Shown: piece by piece, positions 10,417-21,472 of the stretch
Layout: each line of letters begins with the position of its first letter
Position numbering within the stretch: position 1 is the first letter of the stretch
From: an uncultured Glaciecola sp.
GTDB lineage: Bacteria > Pseudomonadota > Gammaproteobacteria > Enterobacterales > Alteromonadaceae
DNA length: 64,000 bases
Reading direction: 5' to 3'
NCBI GenBank assembly: GCA_905479945.1
Contig: CAJQOP010000047.1
Coordinates: forward strand, 6,122 to 70,121
Notes under the pieces: model-generated
Told to the model about the DNA's origin: nothing
Databases searched by the model: none
What the model saw: only the letters and a program-made list of their open reading frames with translations
Translations under genes and position numbers: made by a program

Positions 10417-11187
10417 TTAATTTGAAACAACGTCGAATGTCGTCACTTTACCGGTCAATCCTGTCGTCTCTTTCAAATGAGGCAATGCTAGATCGAGTTT
10501 TTCTTTGTCTAGCTCTGGGCCTACAAATACTTTAGTTAGCTGCCCTGCGCTAGTTCTAACCTTTCGGCTAAACGAACGGTATCCGGCTTTTTCTAGTTTG
10601 CGCAGCAAATCATTCACGTTTTTTTGATTACCAAAACTGCCTAACTGAACGACCCAACCCGAGTTGTCCTGGGCATTGTTTGATACATCTTTAACGACAG
10701 TTTGTTCCTCTAAAGAATTGCCCTGAGTTTCTTGCGATGAATTGGCGCTAGACTGGCCATCTGTTGTATTTTCATCTGACGCTGCAGCTTGAATATTATT
10801 AACCATTCGCTTAGCAATGCGCAATTGTTCGGAAGTTTGAGAACTTTCTGGGGCATTACCTTCGACTGGCCCTTGATTATCATTATCTGTATTAGAATTA
10901 GAGGGCTCTGTCGTGTTTGCGTCGATGCCGCTTGGGCTTGATTCCAACACGGCATCTAAAGCTTGTTCATCCACGATGACAACTTCTCTGCGAGTAGCAT
11001 TAGCTACTTCATCTGCTGGAAACGTTTCAGGAGCAATTGCGGTTAGATTTGATGTTGAACGCGGGAAATCGACAAATGTCTCAGTGTTGGTTTGTTTTTT
11101 CCCGTCCAAATAATCAGGTAAAAAGATAACCGTCACGGCTACGAGAATAACCGTTCCCACAAGCCTATTTTGCAACGCATTTGACAC
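10417..11187 (-). CDS. dedD: Cell division protein DedD (SPOR domain)
   Basis: LQNRLVGTVILVA N-terminus, low-complexity linker, SPOR motif WVVQLGSF; lies between folC and cvpA. Confidence 0.9.
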   Translation of the reverse strand: MSNALQNRLVGTVILVAVTVIFLPDYLDGKKQTNTETFVDFPRSTSNLTAIAPETFPADEVANATRREVVIVDEQALDAVLESSPSGIDANTTEPSNSNTDNDNQGPVEGNAPESSQTSEQLRIAKRMVNNIQAAASDENTTDGQSSANSSQETQGNSLEEQTVVKDVSNNAQDNSGWVVQLGSFGNQKNVNDLLRKLEKAGYRSFSRKVRTSAGQLTKVFVGPELDKEKLDLALPHLKETTGLTGKVTTFDVVSN

Positions 11188-11250
11188 TGATGATTCCTCA
11201 AAAAATTAAAAAATAAAATTCACTATGCATTATTATGCACTAGCAACTGA

Positions 11251-12564
11251 CTATGCACTAGTATGATATTCGAGAACAGCTGCAACCGTCAAAAAAGAAC
11301 CCATAACTAAAATAATATCGTCAGCTTGAGCATCTTTCAATGCCTGTATGTATGCACTTTTTACGTCACTGAAAGCAAGTATGGCAGAGCTTTCTTTCCT
11401 GGCACTATCCCCCGTTTCATCGGCAGGAGTATGCAATGCATTAACCAAGCGTGCTGCATTCTCGCCGCGCTGTGTGGGTAAACTGGCGCAATACCAATGT
11501 ACATTAAGCTTTTCGAAAGCTCGCAAGCTTATTTCAATATTCTTGTCTTTAAGCATGCCCACTACAATGTGACAGGTATTGAAACGATAAGTTCGAATTA
11601 AACGACTTAGCTGCAGCGCGCTATCTTCGTTGTGCGCGACGTCTAATATGATGGCGCAATGTTTGTTGTCTTTGTGTTCTCGTATTACATGATGACGACC
11701 TGCCACTTGCGTTCTATCGATAAGCACCTGAACATCAGTTTCAGGTATCAAAAAAGCAAATTCATTACTCAAGTGATTGCTTATTGCGTTTATAGTAGCC
11801 AGCGCTGTGCTTACATTTTGTTTTGGGAGCTTAGTGTCTTTCACTGAAAACATATGCCCTTGGATTTCGACGCGGTTTTGTTTTTCGTCAAAAATAAAGT
11901 GCTGCCCTCTTAAAATAAGTTGTGCACCTATTTTAATAGCATGGTCTAACATTGACTTTTGTGCTTGTGGCTCACCAATAATTGCGGGTTTATTAGCCCT
12001 AAAAATCCCAGCCTTTTCGTAAGCAATTTCTTCTTTAGTGTCACCCAACCAATCTTGATGATCTAGGCCAATACTGGTAACTACTGCAATGTCGGTATCA
12101 ATAGCATTGACCGCGTCAAGGCGACCGCCTAAGCCAACTTCAAGTATGACAAGGTCGAAATTATGGTCACTAAAGGCTTTCAAAGCGGCTAAGGTGGCAA
12201 ATTCGAAATATGTGAGCGGTGTATTTTGCCGTGCTATATCAATTTTTTCAAAAATAGCACAAAGCTCAAATTCATCAATCAAATCGCCATTCAAGCGGAT
12301 ACGCTCACAAAAACTGACTAAATGAGGAGAGCTATAAACGCCGACGCTCAAACCTGCTTTTAAGCATACTTGTTCAATAAGAGCGCATGTCGTCCCTTTG
12401 CCGTTTGTGCCACCAACTGTAACCACCGTTTGACTTGAAAAATCAATACTTAGGCGTTTTATAAGGTCTTTAGTACGCGACAAGCCCATATCAATTTCCT
12501 TGGTATGGGCTTGTTCTATGTAAATCAACCAGTCTGATAGACTCGATTTATTTTTCATTAACAC
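11251..12564 (-). CDS. folC: Bifunctional folylpolyglutamate synthase/dihydrofolate synthase
   Basis: VGGTNGKGTT, LEVGLGGRLDA, ILDVAHN. Confidence 0.97.
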   Translation of the reverse strand: MLMKNKSSLSDWLIYIEQAHTKEIDMGLSRTKDLIKRLSIDFSSQTVVTVGGTNGKGTTCALIEQVCLKAGLSVGVYSSPHLVSFCERIRLNGDLIDEFELCAIFEKIDIARQNTPLTYFEFATLAALKAFSDHNFDLVILEVGLGGRLDAVNAIDTDIAVVTSIGLDHQDWLGDTKEEIAYEKAGIFRANKPAIIGEPQAQKSMLDHAIKIGAQLILRGQHFIFDEKQNRVEIQGHMFSVKDTKLPKQNVSTALATINAISNHLSNEFAFLIPETDVQVLIDRTQVAGRHHVIREHKDNKHCAIILDVAHNEDSALQLSRLIRTYRFNTCHIVVGMLKDKNIEISLRAFEKLNVHWYCASLPTQRGENAARLVNALHTPADETGDSARKESSAILAFSDVKSAYIQALKDAQADDIILVMGSFLTVAAVLEYHTSA

Positions 12565-12629
12565 TGCTTATATACTTAATATTGTCGGTGACATTGCTAT
12601 TATACTTTGCCACCCACAAAAAGTGATAA

Positions 12630-13487
12630 CTAATCCGTTGGCTGATGGTGATGATGTAATTTTGACAGTATAGAAAAAAGCTTATCTCTCATTTGACGAC
12701 GATCGACAATCATGTCTACGGCACCTTTTTCAATTAAAAACTCACTGCGTTGGAAGCCTTCTGGAAGAGTCTCTCTAACTGTTTGTTCAATTACACGTGG
12801 ACCAGCAAAACCAATTAGCGCTTTCGGCTCAGCTACATTTACATCACCTAACATTGCCAAACTTGCAGACACACCGCCCATTGTAGGGTCGGTTAGTACA
12901 GAAATGTAAGGGAGTCCTTTTTTACTCATTTTAGCAAGTGCAGCACTGGTTTTAGCCATTTGCATTAGTGACAATAATGCTTCTTGCATTCGTGCACCGC
13001 CACTTGTAGAAAAACAAACTAAGGGGGTGTTATTTTCCAAACAAGCATTTACCGCTGCTACAAATTTTGCACCAACAACCGATGCCATTGAACCGCCCAT
13101 GAAGGCAAATTCAAAACTTGCAACAACAATAGGCATGCCGTTGAGTTTACCTTTCATAACTACCAATGCGTCTTTTTCATTAGTGGTTTTTTGAGCCGCT
13201 GTAATGCGGTCTTTATACTTTTTACTATCTTTAAACTTAAGCATATCTTGCGGCTCAAGGTCAGCAGCAATTTCTTCACGATCTGTTGCATCCAAAAATG
13301 CATTGATTCGAGCGCGCGCAGTGATGCGCATATGGTGATCGCATTTTGGACACACTTCTAGTAACTTTTCTAATTCAGTCTTGTAAAGCACAGCATTACA
13401 AGAACCACACTTTGTCCAAATACCTTCTGGCACATTACTTTTAATAGAAGACTGTGTACGTGGAAGTATCTTTTCAATCCAGCTCAT
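12630..13487 (-). CDS. accD: Acetyl-CoA carboxylase carboxyltransferase beta subunit
   Basis: Zinc finger WTKCGSC...[24 protein letters not shown]. Confidence 0.98.
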   Translation of the reverse strand: MSWIEKILPRTQSSIKSNVPEGIWTKCGSCNAVLYKTELEKLLEVCPKCDHHMRITARARINAFLDATDREEIAADLEPQDMLKFKDSKKYKDRITAAQKTTNEKDALVVMKGKLNGMPIVVASFEFAFMGGSMASVVGAKFVAAVNACLENNTPLVCFSTSGGARMQEALLSLMQMAKTSAALAKMSKKGLPYISVLTDPTMGGVSASLAMLGDVNVAEPKALIGFAGPRVIEQTVRETLPEGFQRSEFLIEKGAVDMIVDRRQMRDKLFSILSKLHHHHQPTD

Positions 13488-13729
13488 GAAACATCCCTTT
13501 TTTAAATTCTTTTTTGCCGAAGCGCTTTATTAGCTTCGTACTTTCATTGCGCATTCATTACGCTTCTCGCTATGCGGTATTACGCGTTTCGCGACCTTTA
13601 TCCATGTATTAAATCACACTATTGACTAATGACGAAAGTAAAACTGGTCTAAGAAGTAGTAAATCCTGCATAAAGCTCAGATACTTCTCAGTTGCTATTT
13701 TCAATTATGTTTAAAACAACTCAGAAAAT

Positions 13730-14509
13730 TTACAGACATATTGGGCCAAAAGGGATTTTGGGCATATCAAATTCAGGCGGGTAAACTACATTCACTAAGT
13801 AGAGACCATTAGGCTTAGATGTCATTCCGGCTTTCCTTCTATCCTTAGCTTCTAGGGTAGTTCGCATCCAATCAACCGTTTCTTCTAATGTACCTACTCT
13901 GATCAGCGAGCCAACAATATTCCTGACCATATGATGTAAAAAGGCATTTGCCGCTACCTCAACCACAATATAATTATCTTTGCGAGTGACTGTTATTTCT
14001 TCCATATTTCTGACGGGAGAGTTTGATTGGCAGTTAGCTGCGCGAAACGAAGAGAAGTCATGTTTACCCACCATGCATTGTGCAGCTTCATGCATTTTTT
14101 CGGCATCCAAGGGATAATAAACATGTGTAATTCCGGCATGCAAAATAGCCGGACGTAAGGGATGATTATAAATAATATAACGATAACGTCTTGATCTTGC
14201 TGAAAAGCGGGCATGAAAATCGTTGCTAGTTATTTTTGCCCATTTTATTCCTATATCGTTCGGTAAATGTGTACTAACCCCTCTCGTCCAAGCCTTTATT
14301 GGGCGCTGAACTTCAGTGTCAAAGTGCACGACTTGTTGAGTAGCATGAACCCCTGCATCGGTTCTCCCTGCGCAGGTTACAGCGATCGGTTCCTGTGCAA
14401 TTTGTTGCAAAGCAAGTTCAACGCACTCTTGCACACTAATAAAGCTATTTTGACGCTGCCAACCATAATACTTCGACCCGTCGTACTCTATACCTAACGC
14501 TATCCGCAT
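13730..14509 (-). CDS. truA: tRNA pseudouridine(38-40) synthase
   Basis: [33 protein letters not shown]. Confidence 0.98.
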   Translation of the reverse strand: MRIALGIEYDGSKYYGWQRQNSFISVQECVELALQQIAQEPIAVTCAGRTDAGVHATQQVVHFDTEVQRPIKAWTRGVSTHLPNDIGIKWAKITSNDFHARFSARSRRYRYIIYNHPLRPAILHAGITHVYYPLDAEKMHEAAQCMVGKHDFSSFRAANCQSNSPVRNMEEITVTRKDNYIVVEVAANAFLHHMVRNIVGSLIRVGTLEETVDWMRTTLEAKDRRKAGMTSKPNGLYLVNVVYPPEFDMPKIPFGPICL

Positions 14510-14533
14510 GGCTATAAATTCACTATCATGATG

Positions 14534-15445
14534 TTACTTTTTAGTTCGTGCTTTCGCTGTGTTTCTTCTACCCTGTCCGACTTTGTTAAGCTTATGCTTC
14601 TTAACTGAGCGTCGCATTCTGCTTAATCTAGTATGATCGAGTTTGTCATCTTCTAGTTTAAGCACTGTTTCAGTTTCGTTAGGTAATTGCACCATTTTTC
14701 GAAGTTGATTGAGTCGGCTTAAATCAAGTTCGATCCATGCTCCTTGTGGTAAGCGTTTCTGCAAGTCTAAATTGCCGTAACGAACGCGCATCAATCGGCT
14801 AACTTGGACACCTTGTGATTCCCACAAACGTCTTACTTCTCGATTTCTTCCTTCAGACAAGGTTACATTAAACCATTGATTCTGACTTTCATCATCGGAA
14901 GGACGTACGTGAATATGAGTGAATTTTGCCGGCCCGTCTTCAAGCTCAACACCCTTTTGCAATACTCTCAACATTTGTGGAGTAACTTCGCCAAAAATCC
15001 TTACCGCATACTCTCGCTCAATTTCATGGCGAGGATGCATAAGTCGATTAGCCAACTCACCATCATTGGTGAACAGTAACAAACCGCTGGTATTGATATC
15101 TAGTCGGCCTACTGCGATCCATCGATCAGAAACAATTTTTGGCAAACGTTCGAACACTGTCGCTCGTCCTTCAGGATCATTCCTCGAGCAGAGTTCACCC
15201 TCAGGTTTGTTATACATTAGTACTCTGCACGTAGATTTTTCAACGCTTCGAGCAACCACGTGGCCATCAACTCGAATTTGGTCGCTCAGCGCAACTCGGT
15301 CACCTAGAGTTGCTTTTTGGCCATTAACTGACACCCTTCCTTCCTGAATCCAACGCTCCATCTCGCGTCGGGAGCCTATGCCATTATTGGCAAGTGCTTT
15401 TTGTAGCTTTTCCGTATCTTGACTTTCAGACATGTTTTCATTCAC
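14534..15445 (-). CDS. rluB: 23S rRNA pseudouridine(2605) synthase
   Basis: S4 domain EKLQKALA...[29 protein letters not shown]. Confidence 0.95.
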   Translation of the reverse strand: MNENMSESQDTEKLQKALANNGIGSRREMERWIQEGRVSVNGQKATLGDRVALSDQIRVDGHVVARSVEKSTCRVLMYNKPEGELCSRNDPEGRATVFERLPKIVSDRWIAVGRLDINTSGLLLFTNDGELANRLMHPRHEIEREYAVRIFGEVTPQMLRVLQKGVELEDGPAKFTHIHVRPSDDESQNQWFNVTLSEGRNREVRRLWESQGVQVSRLMRVRYGNLDLQKRLPQGAWIELDLSRLNQLRKMVQLPNETETVLKLEDDKLDHTRLSRMRRSVKKHKLNKVGQGRRNTAKARTKK

Positions 15446-15487
15446 TTAATTTATTGTTTAGCAACATTGCAATGGTAACTAAAACCT

Positions 15488-16159
15488 TTAATGCAGTTGT
15501 TCGTTGTCTAGTGCGCTGCCTTTAGGGTTTCCCGCGGGCTGTAATTCTTGTATTTCATCATCATCGTTCTCTTTGGTATTCACATCCGCTGCGACCATTG
15601 CTTGTTCCAAATTTTCAGCAAAGGCTTCAGCGGAAGGCAATTCCGCTAATGTAGATAATGAAAAATAATCTAAAAATATTTTTGTTGTTGCCAGCAGTGC
15701 TGGTCTTCCAGGCACTTCTTTATGCCCAATTACTTTTACCCAATTTCGTTCAGTAAGCGATTTAACTATGTGACTGCTTACTGATACGCCTCTAATTTCT
15801 TCAATTTCACCGCGCGTTATCGGTTGTCTGTAGGCAATTAAGGCCAAAGTTTCGAGCATTGCTCGACTATATTTTGGCGCATTTTCCTGCCAAAGCTTAC
15901 TAAGTAACAGACCCAAGCCATCAGCCGATTGAAAGCGATAACCGCTGGCAACCTCTACTAAATGTATACCTCGAGGAGCATAGTCTAATTCAAGTTCAGC
16001 TAAAACCTTCTTTATTTGTTTTATGGACACTGAAAAGTCACTTAAAAACGTGGCTTTCATCATCTCAATACTTAGTGGCCCATCAGCAACAAAAACACCA
16101 GCTTCAATCAGCTGCTTTAATTGGTCTTTGTTGATTTTCTGCATTCGCATGTTCCACAT
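15488..16159 (-). CDS. scpB: SMC-Scp complex subunit ScpB (start may be a few codons downstream)
   Basis: VEVASGYRFQ, ETLALIAYRQPITRGEIEEIRGV, GHKEVPGRP. Confidence 0.95.
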   Translation of the reverse strand: MWNMRMQKINKDQLKQLIEAGVFVADGPLSIEMMKATFLSDFSVSIKQIKKVLAELELDYAPRGIHLVEVASGYRFQSADGLGLLLSKLWQENAPKYSRAMLETLALIAYRQPITRGEIEEIRGVSVSSHIVKSLTERNWVKVIGHKEVPGRPALLATTKIFLDYFSLSTLAELPSAEAFAENLEQAMVAADVNTKENDDDEIQELQPAGNPKGSALDNEQLH

Positions 16160-16340
16160 TATCGTATTAAGTTAATGATACACTTAGGTAAATTTTGCCT
16201 TCGACTCGATTTAGCGTCCCTCTACTAAAGTTGGGACCTTGATAAATCTGCGGTCTTTCTAAATAGTATGTTGTTCATTAATGGCTATTTTAGCTTATTT
16301 TGATGCAAAGGACTTCTGTTATTAATGCTTGATTGCAAGA

Positions 16341-17261
16341 CTAATAGCCAAACTCGCCCAACTTCACATGTATATTAGAATATGCGCCCTCTTGTGAGCA
16401 TAAAATTAAGCCGCTTTTAACCAATTCGAGGATGGCGACGAAGGTCACTACGATCCCGGCTTTACCTTCTGATAAACTAATAAGGCTTGATAACTCGGTA
16501 TACGTGTCATGATTCAAACCTTGCAATAATTGGGACATTCGCTCACGCGTTGACAGCACTTCGCGATCAATTTGATGATGTTCAAACGCATCAGCTCTCT
16601 GCATAGCAGAGTGAAACGCAAAAGCAATTTCTTGTAAGGAAACCTTAGAGAGATGCTTAATAGGCGCAACATTATCACTGGGTTGGGCGACAGCTGAAAA
16701 CGTGTCCCTTTCCATTCGAGGTGCTAAGTCTAATTCTTCAGCCGCTCTTTTTATTTTTTCATACTCTTTCAGACGCCGAATAAGTTCAGCTCGCGGGTCA
16801 TCTTCATCAATTGGCGCATCATCCCGCTTTGGCAGTAACAATCTTGACTTTATTTCAGCCAACATAGCAGCCATTAACAGGTATTCCCCTGCCAACTCAA
16901 GCTTCAAGTCAGTCATGACTTCTACATACTTCATGTATTGCTTGGTAATTTGTAAAACTGGCAGTTCTACGATATCAAATTTTTGACGACGGATAAGATA
17001 GAGCAACAAATCTAATGGTCCTTCAAAGCTATCTAAAATAACTTCGAGCGCGTCGGGTGGTATGTATAGATCTTCAGGCTTTTCAATGACGGCTTCACCA
17101 TGCACAAAAGCTAAGGCAAGCGGCTGCTGCTGTTCAATTTGTTCAAGCTTCGCTGGATTTTTTGACTTGCCTGATTTTGGACTGGCGGGTATTACATCCT
17201 CGGAAAATGCCGCTGCTGATAATGAGTCTGACGAGCTCACTGACTCATCGTCCGCACTCAT
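16341..17261 (-). CDS. scpA: Segregation/condensation protein ScpA
   Basis: FEGPLDLLLYLI, EYLLMAAMLAEIKSRLLLP. Confidence 0.95.
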   Translation of the reverse strand: MSADDESVSSSDSLSAAAFSEDVIPASPKSGKSKNPAKLEQIEQQQPLALAFVHGEAVIEKPEDLYIPPDALEVILDSFEGPLDLLLYLIRRQKFDIVELPVLQITKQYMKYVEVMTDLKLELAGEYLLMAAMLAEIKSRLLLPKRDDAPIDEDDPRAELIRRLKEYEKIKRAAEELDLAPRMERDTFSAVAQPSDNVAPIKHLSKVSLQEIAFAFHSAMQRADAFEHHQIDREVLSTRERMSQLLQGLNHDTYTELSSLISLSEGKAGIVVTFVAILELVKSGLILCSQEGAYSNIHVKLGEFGY

Positions 17262-17878
17262 TCAAAAGGCGAAGGATCGCCATTTCCTAATCGGATGATG
17301 TCTGTTGCACCTTCAGACATGTCAACAACAGTAGTCGGCTCTTCACCCAAATAACCGCCGTGAATAATCAGGCCAACCAACTTTTCTAACTTATCTCTTA
17401 TTTCCTCAGGGTCTGTTTCAGCCATCGATTCATTAGGTAATATTAAGGTTGTCGACATTAATGGCTCACCCAGTTCCTCAAGCAGCGCCAATGCAATTGG
17501 ATTGTTCGGAACTCGAATACCAATCGTTTTTCGCTTTGGGTTCTGCAGCCGTTTAGGAACTTCTTTAGTAGCTTTCAGAATAAAGGTGTATGGTCCTGGT
17601 GTATTATTTTTTATTTGTCTAAACGCCGCATTATCCACTCGAGCGTAAACCGAGAGCTCTGACATATCTCGGCACATCAAAGTGAAGTTATGATCTTTGC
17701 CAATATCGCGAATTCGACAAATTTGATCCAACGCTTTCTTATTTTCCATCTGACAACCGATCGCATAACCAGAATCAGTCGGGTAGACAATTACCTCACC
17801 CGCTTTGATAATTTCGCACGCTTGTTTTACTAAACGAACTTGAGGATTGTCAGGATGAACATAGAAAAACTGACTCAT
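17258..17878 (-). CDS. yciO: Sua5/YciO/YrdC family protein
   Basis: MSQFFYVHPDNPQ (ATG at 17878 overlaps the yciV stop), YPTDSGYAIGC, TPGPYTFIL. Confidence 0.92.
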   Translation of the reverse strand: MSQFFYVHPDNPQVRLVKQACEIIKAGEVIVYPTDSGYAIGCQMENKKALDQICRIRDIGKDHNFTLMCRDMSELSVYARVDNAAFRQIKNNTPGPYTFILKATKEVPKRLQNPKRKTIGIRVPNNPIALALLEELGEPLMSTTLILPNESMAETDPEEIRDKLEKLVGLIIHGGYLGEEPTTVVDMSEGATDIIRLGNGDPSPFE

Positions 17879-18771
17879 TGGGTGCTCTCTGGTTGAAGAC
17901 TCTCTGGTTGAAGACTCTCTTTCTGAAGTCTGTCTTGTAAAATAGGCCAATTCTGCCAAACGGGAGCTATTGATTCCGGAATATCTAAGCGTCGTCCTAA
18001 TTCAGTAAAGCGACTAGGGAAATGAAAGTCAGACCCCGCCGATGCCAATAAGTTATTGTCCGCCATTACGCCCTGTAGAAGTTTCTTTTTATCTGCGGCC
18101 ATATTTGGATGGGTTATTTCCATTGCATCACCACCCGACGCTGCAAATTCAGCAACTAATCTGCGAAGCCATTTTGTTGTCATATCGTAGTGACCTGGAT
18201 GCGCTAATACTGCTTGACCACCAGCCTCGTGAATCCACTGTACTGCCTCTTGCATACTGATCCAATTTGGTGTGACATGAGCCTTTTTGTTTTTCCCCAG
18301 ATATTTGGTGAATGCTTGTTGTGGGTGCGTGCAAATCGACCTTTGAACTAGAGCTCTAGCGATGTGATTCCTCGAAATTTGTGCCCCATCGGCAATTTCT
18401 AATGCGAGGTCGTAAATACCGCTATGACCACACTTTTCAAGCTTGTCGCATATTTTTACAGCTCTTCTATCACGCTCAAGCAATTGATGCTCAAGTCGCT
18501 GCAAGAATTTTGAATTTGTAACATCAACTTGTAAGCCAACAATATGAATATCAAAGCCATGCCAAGAGGTCGATAATTCAACGCCAGCAATAACATCCAA
18601 TTTAATATTGCTATTTTTAACGTACTCGGTAGCTACTTCAATACCGGATATTGTGTCGTGGTCGGTTATAGCAAGCACGTCCACTTGCATCTGTTGCGCA
18701 CGCTGCACTAACTCGACAGGAGTTAAGGCGCCGTCTGAGCAAGTTGTGTGGCTATGTAAATCAATTTTCAA
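17875..18771 (-). CDS. yciV: PHP domain protein (5'-3' exoribonuclease YciV/TrpH)
   Basis: DLHSHTTCSDG, AITDHD, AHP, GSDFH; divergent from the trp operon. Confidence 0.93.
   Translation of the reverse strand: MKIDLHSHTTCSDGALTPVELVQRAQQMQVDVLAITDHDTISGIEVATEYVKNSNIKLDVIAGVELSTSWHGFDIHIVGLQVDVTNSKFLQRLEHQLLERDRRAVKICDKLEKCGHSGIYDLALEIADGAQISRNHIARALVQRSICTHPQQAFTKYLGKNKKAHVTPNWISMQEAVQWIHEAGGQAVLAHPGHYDMTTKWLRRLVAEFAASGGDAMEITHPNMAADKKKLLQGVMADNNLLASAGSDFHFPSRFTELGRRLDIPESIAPVWQNWPILQDRLQKESLQPESLQPESTQ
17885..17929. repeat. 15-bp tandem repeat x3 in the 3' end of yciV
   Basis: ctctctggttgaaga twice plus degenerate ctctctttctgaagt; encodes the repeated ESLQP in the tail. Confidence 0.85.
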
Positions 18772-18898
18772 GGCGTTTTCTTCTTAAATATATCAACTAA
18801 AACAATCAATATGCTTGACATAAAGACCGTTTTGTTTTCTTCTATGCAGTATACATGAAAGCAAAACGTATAAATACGAAATAACAGAATAAGAGAAC

Positions 18899-19015
18899 AT
18901 GTTAAATACCTTGAATTTACAGTTTATAGCAGAGCTAAACGTCACACTAGGAAAACTAGTAGTCGATAATATGCCTGCACAGAAAAATGTATGGTGGTGG
19001 CACAACCTCAACTAG
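18899..19015 (+). CDS. trpL: trp operon leader peptide, 38 aa with three tandem Trp codons
   Basis: Manual translation MLNTLNLQFIAELNVTLGKLVVDNMPAQKNVWWWHNLN*; an alternative start at 18971 gives 14 aa. Confidence 0.85.
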   Translation: MLNTLNLQFIAELNVTLGKLVVDNMPAQKNVWWWHNLN

Positions 19016-19074
19016 GGGCTGTGTGAACGTGTTCGTTTCGCAATATTAAAGCCCGTTTGACGGGCTTTTTTTTT
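19001..19074 (+). promoter_or_regulatory. trp transcription attenuator (1:2, 2:3 and 3:4 hairpins; terminator 19048-19074)
   Basis: Terminator aaagcccg-tttga-cgggc followed by a T run; gggct (to 19020) can pair with agccc as antiterminator; follows the WWW codons. Confidence 0.9.
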
Positions 19075-19209
19075 GATTCGTTTTTACCCGAAAATAAATA
19101 AGAAAAGTCAGTAAGATAAAAATGTAATTATGAATTCGATGGTCGTTAAATTAGTTTCAATAAGTATCGACATTAATAGCCATCATAAAGTGATAAAACG
19201 AGAGTAAAA

Positions 19210-20802
19210 ATGAGTTTAGCAGAGTTAGGACAAATTCCAGGACAGGTCGAAAGCATTATTGTTGATGGTCCTTATGTGGCCGATCCATTATTAGCTTATC
19301 AGGCATTGGGAAAACAAAATAGTTTGCTGCTGGAGTCTGCGGAAATTGACAGTAAAGCGAACCTCAAAAGCTTATTGCTCATAGACGCGGCAATTCGAAT
19401 TGAGTGCAATGATCAAAGCGTAACGATTACAGCACTTACTGCGAATGGCTTATCGGTATTTCCGGTATTAACCCAAACACTAAAATCTTTCCACTCGGAT
19501 CAAGAAGTTGCTGATAACACTATTCGCTTTGAATTCCCGCCCGTTGATCAAAACCTAGATGAAGATTCACGTCTTAAACAAGCCAGTGTTTTTGACGTGT
19601 TGCGCGCATTAACTGAGGAAATACAAACCTTAAGAGATCATCCCAACGCACTATTTTTAGGCGGTGTTTTTTCATATGATTTATTGGGCACTTTTGAAAA
19701 GCTACCAGAAGCCATCTTTGGCAACAATAATTGTCCTGAGTATGTTTTCTACTTAGCTGAAACACTCTTACTCATAGATCATCAAAATGCGCATACACAA
19801 ATTATTGGTTCAGTGTTTAGTGGCGCACATGTCGCCCAGCACTATTTTAGTATTCATCAGCGCTTAGAACAAATTAAGCATGAGCTGGCAACTTTGCCGA
19901 ACAAAATAGCAAAAGCGACAATGTTAAAAGACATTTCTCTTGATGTGGATAAATCAGATGCAGAATACTGCGCTGATGTAATCGCATTGAAGGAACATAT
20001 TCTGGACGGTGATATATTTCAGGTTGTACCTTCTCGCTCTTTCAGCTTGCCCTGCCCTTCGCCGCTTGCCGCCTATCAACAATTGAAATTGCAGAACCCT
20101 TCCCCTTATATGTTTTACTTGAACGACCAAGACTTCACCATGTTTGGTGCATCACCTGAGTCGGCATTGAAATATGACAAGCAAAGTAACGTTGTTGAGG
20201 TATATCCTATTGCTGGCACACGGCCGCGAGGCAAACGAGCCGATGGCAAGATTGATCACGATTTGGACAGTCGCCTTGAGCTTAATTTGCGTCAAGACGA
20301 AAAAGAGAAAGCTGAACATATCATGTTAGTCGACTTAGCTCGAAACGATGTCGCAAAGGTTAGCAAAGCAGGCACGCGACATGTAAAAGATTTATTGAAA
20401 GTTGATCGCTATTCGCACGTGATGCATTTGGTATCTCGGGTGGTTGGTGAATTAAAAGAAGATCTCGATGCGCTGCACGCTTATCAAGCTTGCATGAATA
20501 TGGGTACCCTTGTTGGCGCGCCAAAAGTCAGCGCAGCATCCTTAATTCGCGATACAGAAAAGCAGAAACGAGGTAGCTACGGAGGTGCAGTTGGCTACAT
20601 AAATGGCAATGGTGACATGGATACTTGTATTGTTATTCGATCTGCATTTGTACGTTTGAAAGTTGCTCATATACAAGCCGGTGCTGGGGTTGTAAATGAT
20701 TCTATTCCGCAAGCAGAGGCCGATGAAACAAGAGCAAAAGCTCAGGCTGTGATTTCAGCTATTATTGCTGCACATACATCAGCAGGAGGAGAATCAGAGT
20801 GA
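19210..20802 (+). CDS. trpE: Anthranilate synthase component I
   Basis: LLESA, GDIFQVVPS, NPSPYMF, YPIAGTRPRG, EHIMLVDLARND. Confidence 0.97.
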   Translation: MSLAELGQIPGQVESIIVDGPYVADPLLAYQALGKQNSLLLESAEIDSKANLKSLLLIDAAIRIECNDQSVTITALTANGLSVFPVLTQTLKSFHSDQEVADNTIRFEFPPVDQNLDEDSRLKQASVFDVLRALTEEIQTLRDHPNALFLGGVFSYDLLGTFEKLPEAIFGNNNCPEYVFYLAETLLLIDHQNAHTQIIGSVFSGAHVAQHYFSIHQRLEQIKHELATLPNKIAKATMLKDISLDVDKSDAEYCADVIALKEHILDGDIFQVVPSRSFSLPCPSPLAAYQQLKLQNPSPYMFYLNDQDFTMFGASPESALKYDKQSNVVEVYPIAGTRPRGKRADGKIDHDLDSRLELNLRQDEKEKAEHIMLVDLARNDVAKVSKAGTRHVKDLLKVDRYSHVMHLVSRVVGELKEDLDALHAYQACMNMGTLVGAPKVSAASLIRDTEKQKRGSYGGAVGYINGNGDMDTCIVIRSAFVRLKVAHIQAGAGVVNDSIPQAEADETRAKAQAVISAIIAAHTSAGGESE

Positions 20803-21419
20803 GCACACAAATTAAATTAGTTCTTATTGATAACATTGATTCTTTTACCTACAACCTCGTTGATGAAATTAGAAGCTTAGGTATTGAAATGACCATTTAT
20901 CGCAATACTGTAGCAACACAGACTGTGCTAGATAAGCTTGCCCAATACAAACAAAGTGGTCCGACGCTCCTAATGTTGTCGCCAGGACCTGGCGCACCAT
21001 CAGATGCAGGTTGTATGCCTGAACTTCTGCAAAAAGTGAGAGGCAAATACCCTGTTCTTGGTATTTGTTTAGGTCATCAAGCTATTGTTGAGGCTTATGG
21101 CGGAACGGTTGCCAGAGCACCTAAAGTGATGCATGGCAAAGCATCTCACATGACGTTTATTGAGAGCGCAGAAACCGATGGTATATTTAAAGATTTAAGC
21201 AATCCACTATCGATTGCTCGTTATCACTCTTTGGTGGCCATTAAAGTACCTGACAGCTTAAAAGTTATTGCTAACATAGATGGTTTGGTTATGGCAGTTT
21301 TACATGCAAATGATAGAATGCTGGGCTTTCAGTTTCACCCTGAATCTATACTCACGTGCGATGGCAGTGTCTTACTAATGCAGAGCATCCAATTTTTAGC
21401 TAGTAGTAACGCTGACTAA
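20799..21419 (+). CDS. trpG: Anthranilate synthase component II (glutamine amidotransferase)
   Basis: IDNIDSFTYNL, LSPGPG, GICLGHQ, QFHPES. Confidence 0.96.
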   Translation: MSTQIKLVLIDNIDSFTYNLVDEIRSLGIEMTIYRNTVATQTVLDKLAQYKQSGPTLLMLSPGPGAPSDAGCMPELLQKVRGKYPVLGICLGHQAIVEAYGGTVARAPKVMHGKASHMTFIESAETDGIFKDLSNPLSIARYHSLVAIKVPDSLKVIANIDGLVMAVLHANDRMLGFQFHPESILTCDGSVLLMQSIQFLASSNAD

Positions 21420-21472
21420 AATACGAAAGACCCATGATGGATTATGAAAGATAAACTCAAGAGTGAATTTGC

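Noticed and set aside
18946-18962. CTAG-N5-CTAG as a TrpR operator
   Set aside because: The canonical spacing is CTAG-N4-CTAG, and the motif lies inside the leader coding region.
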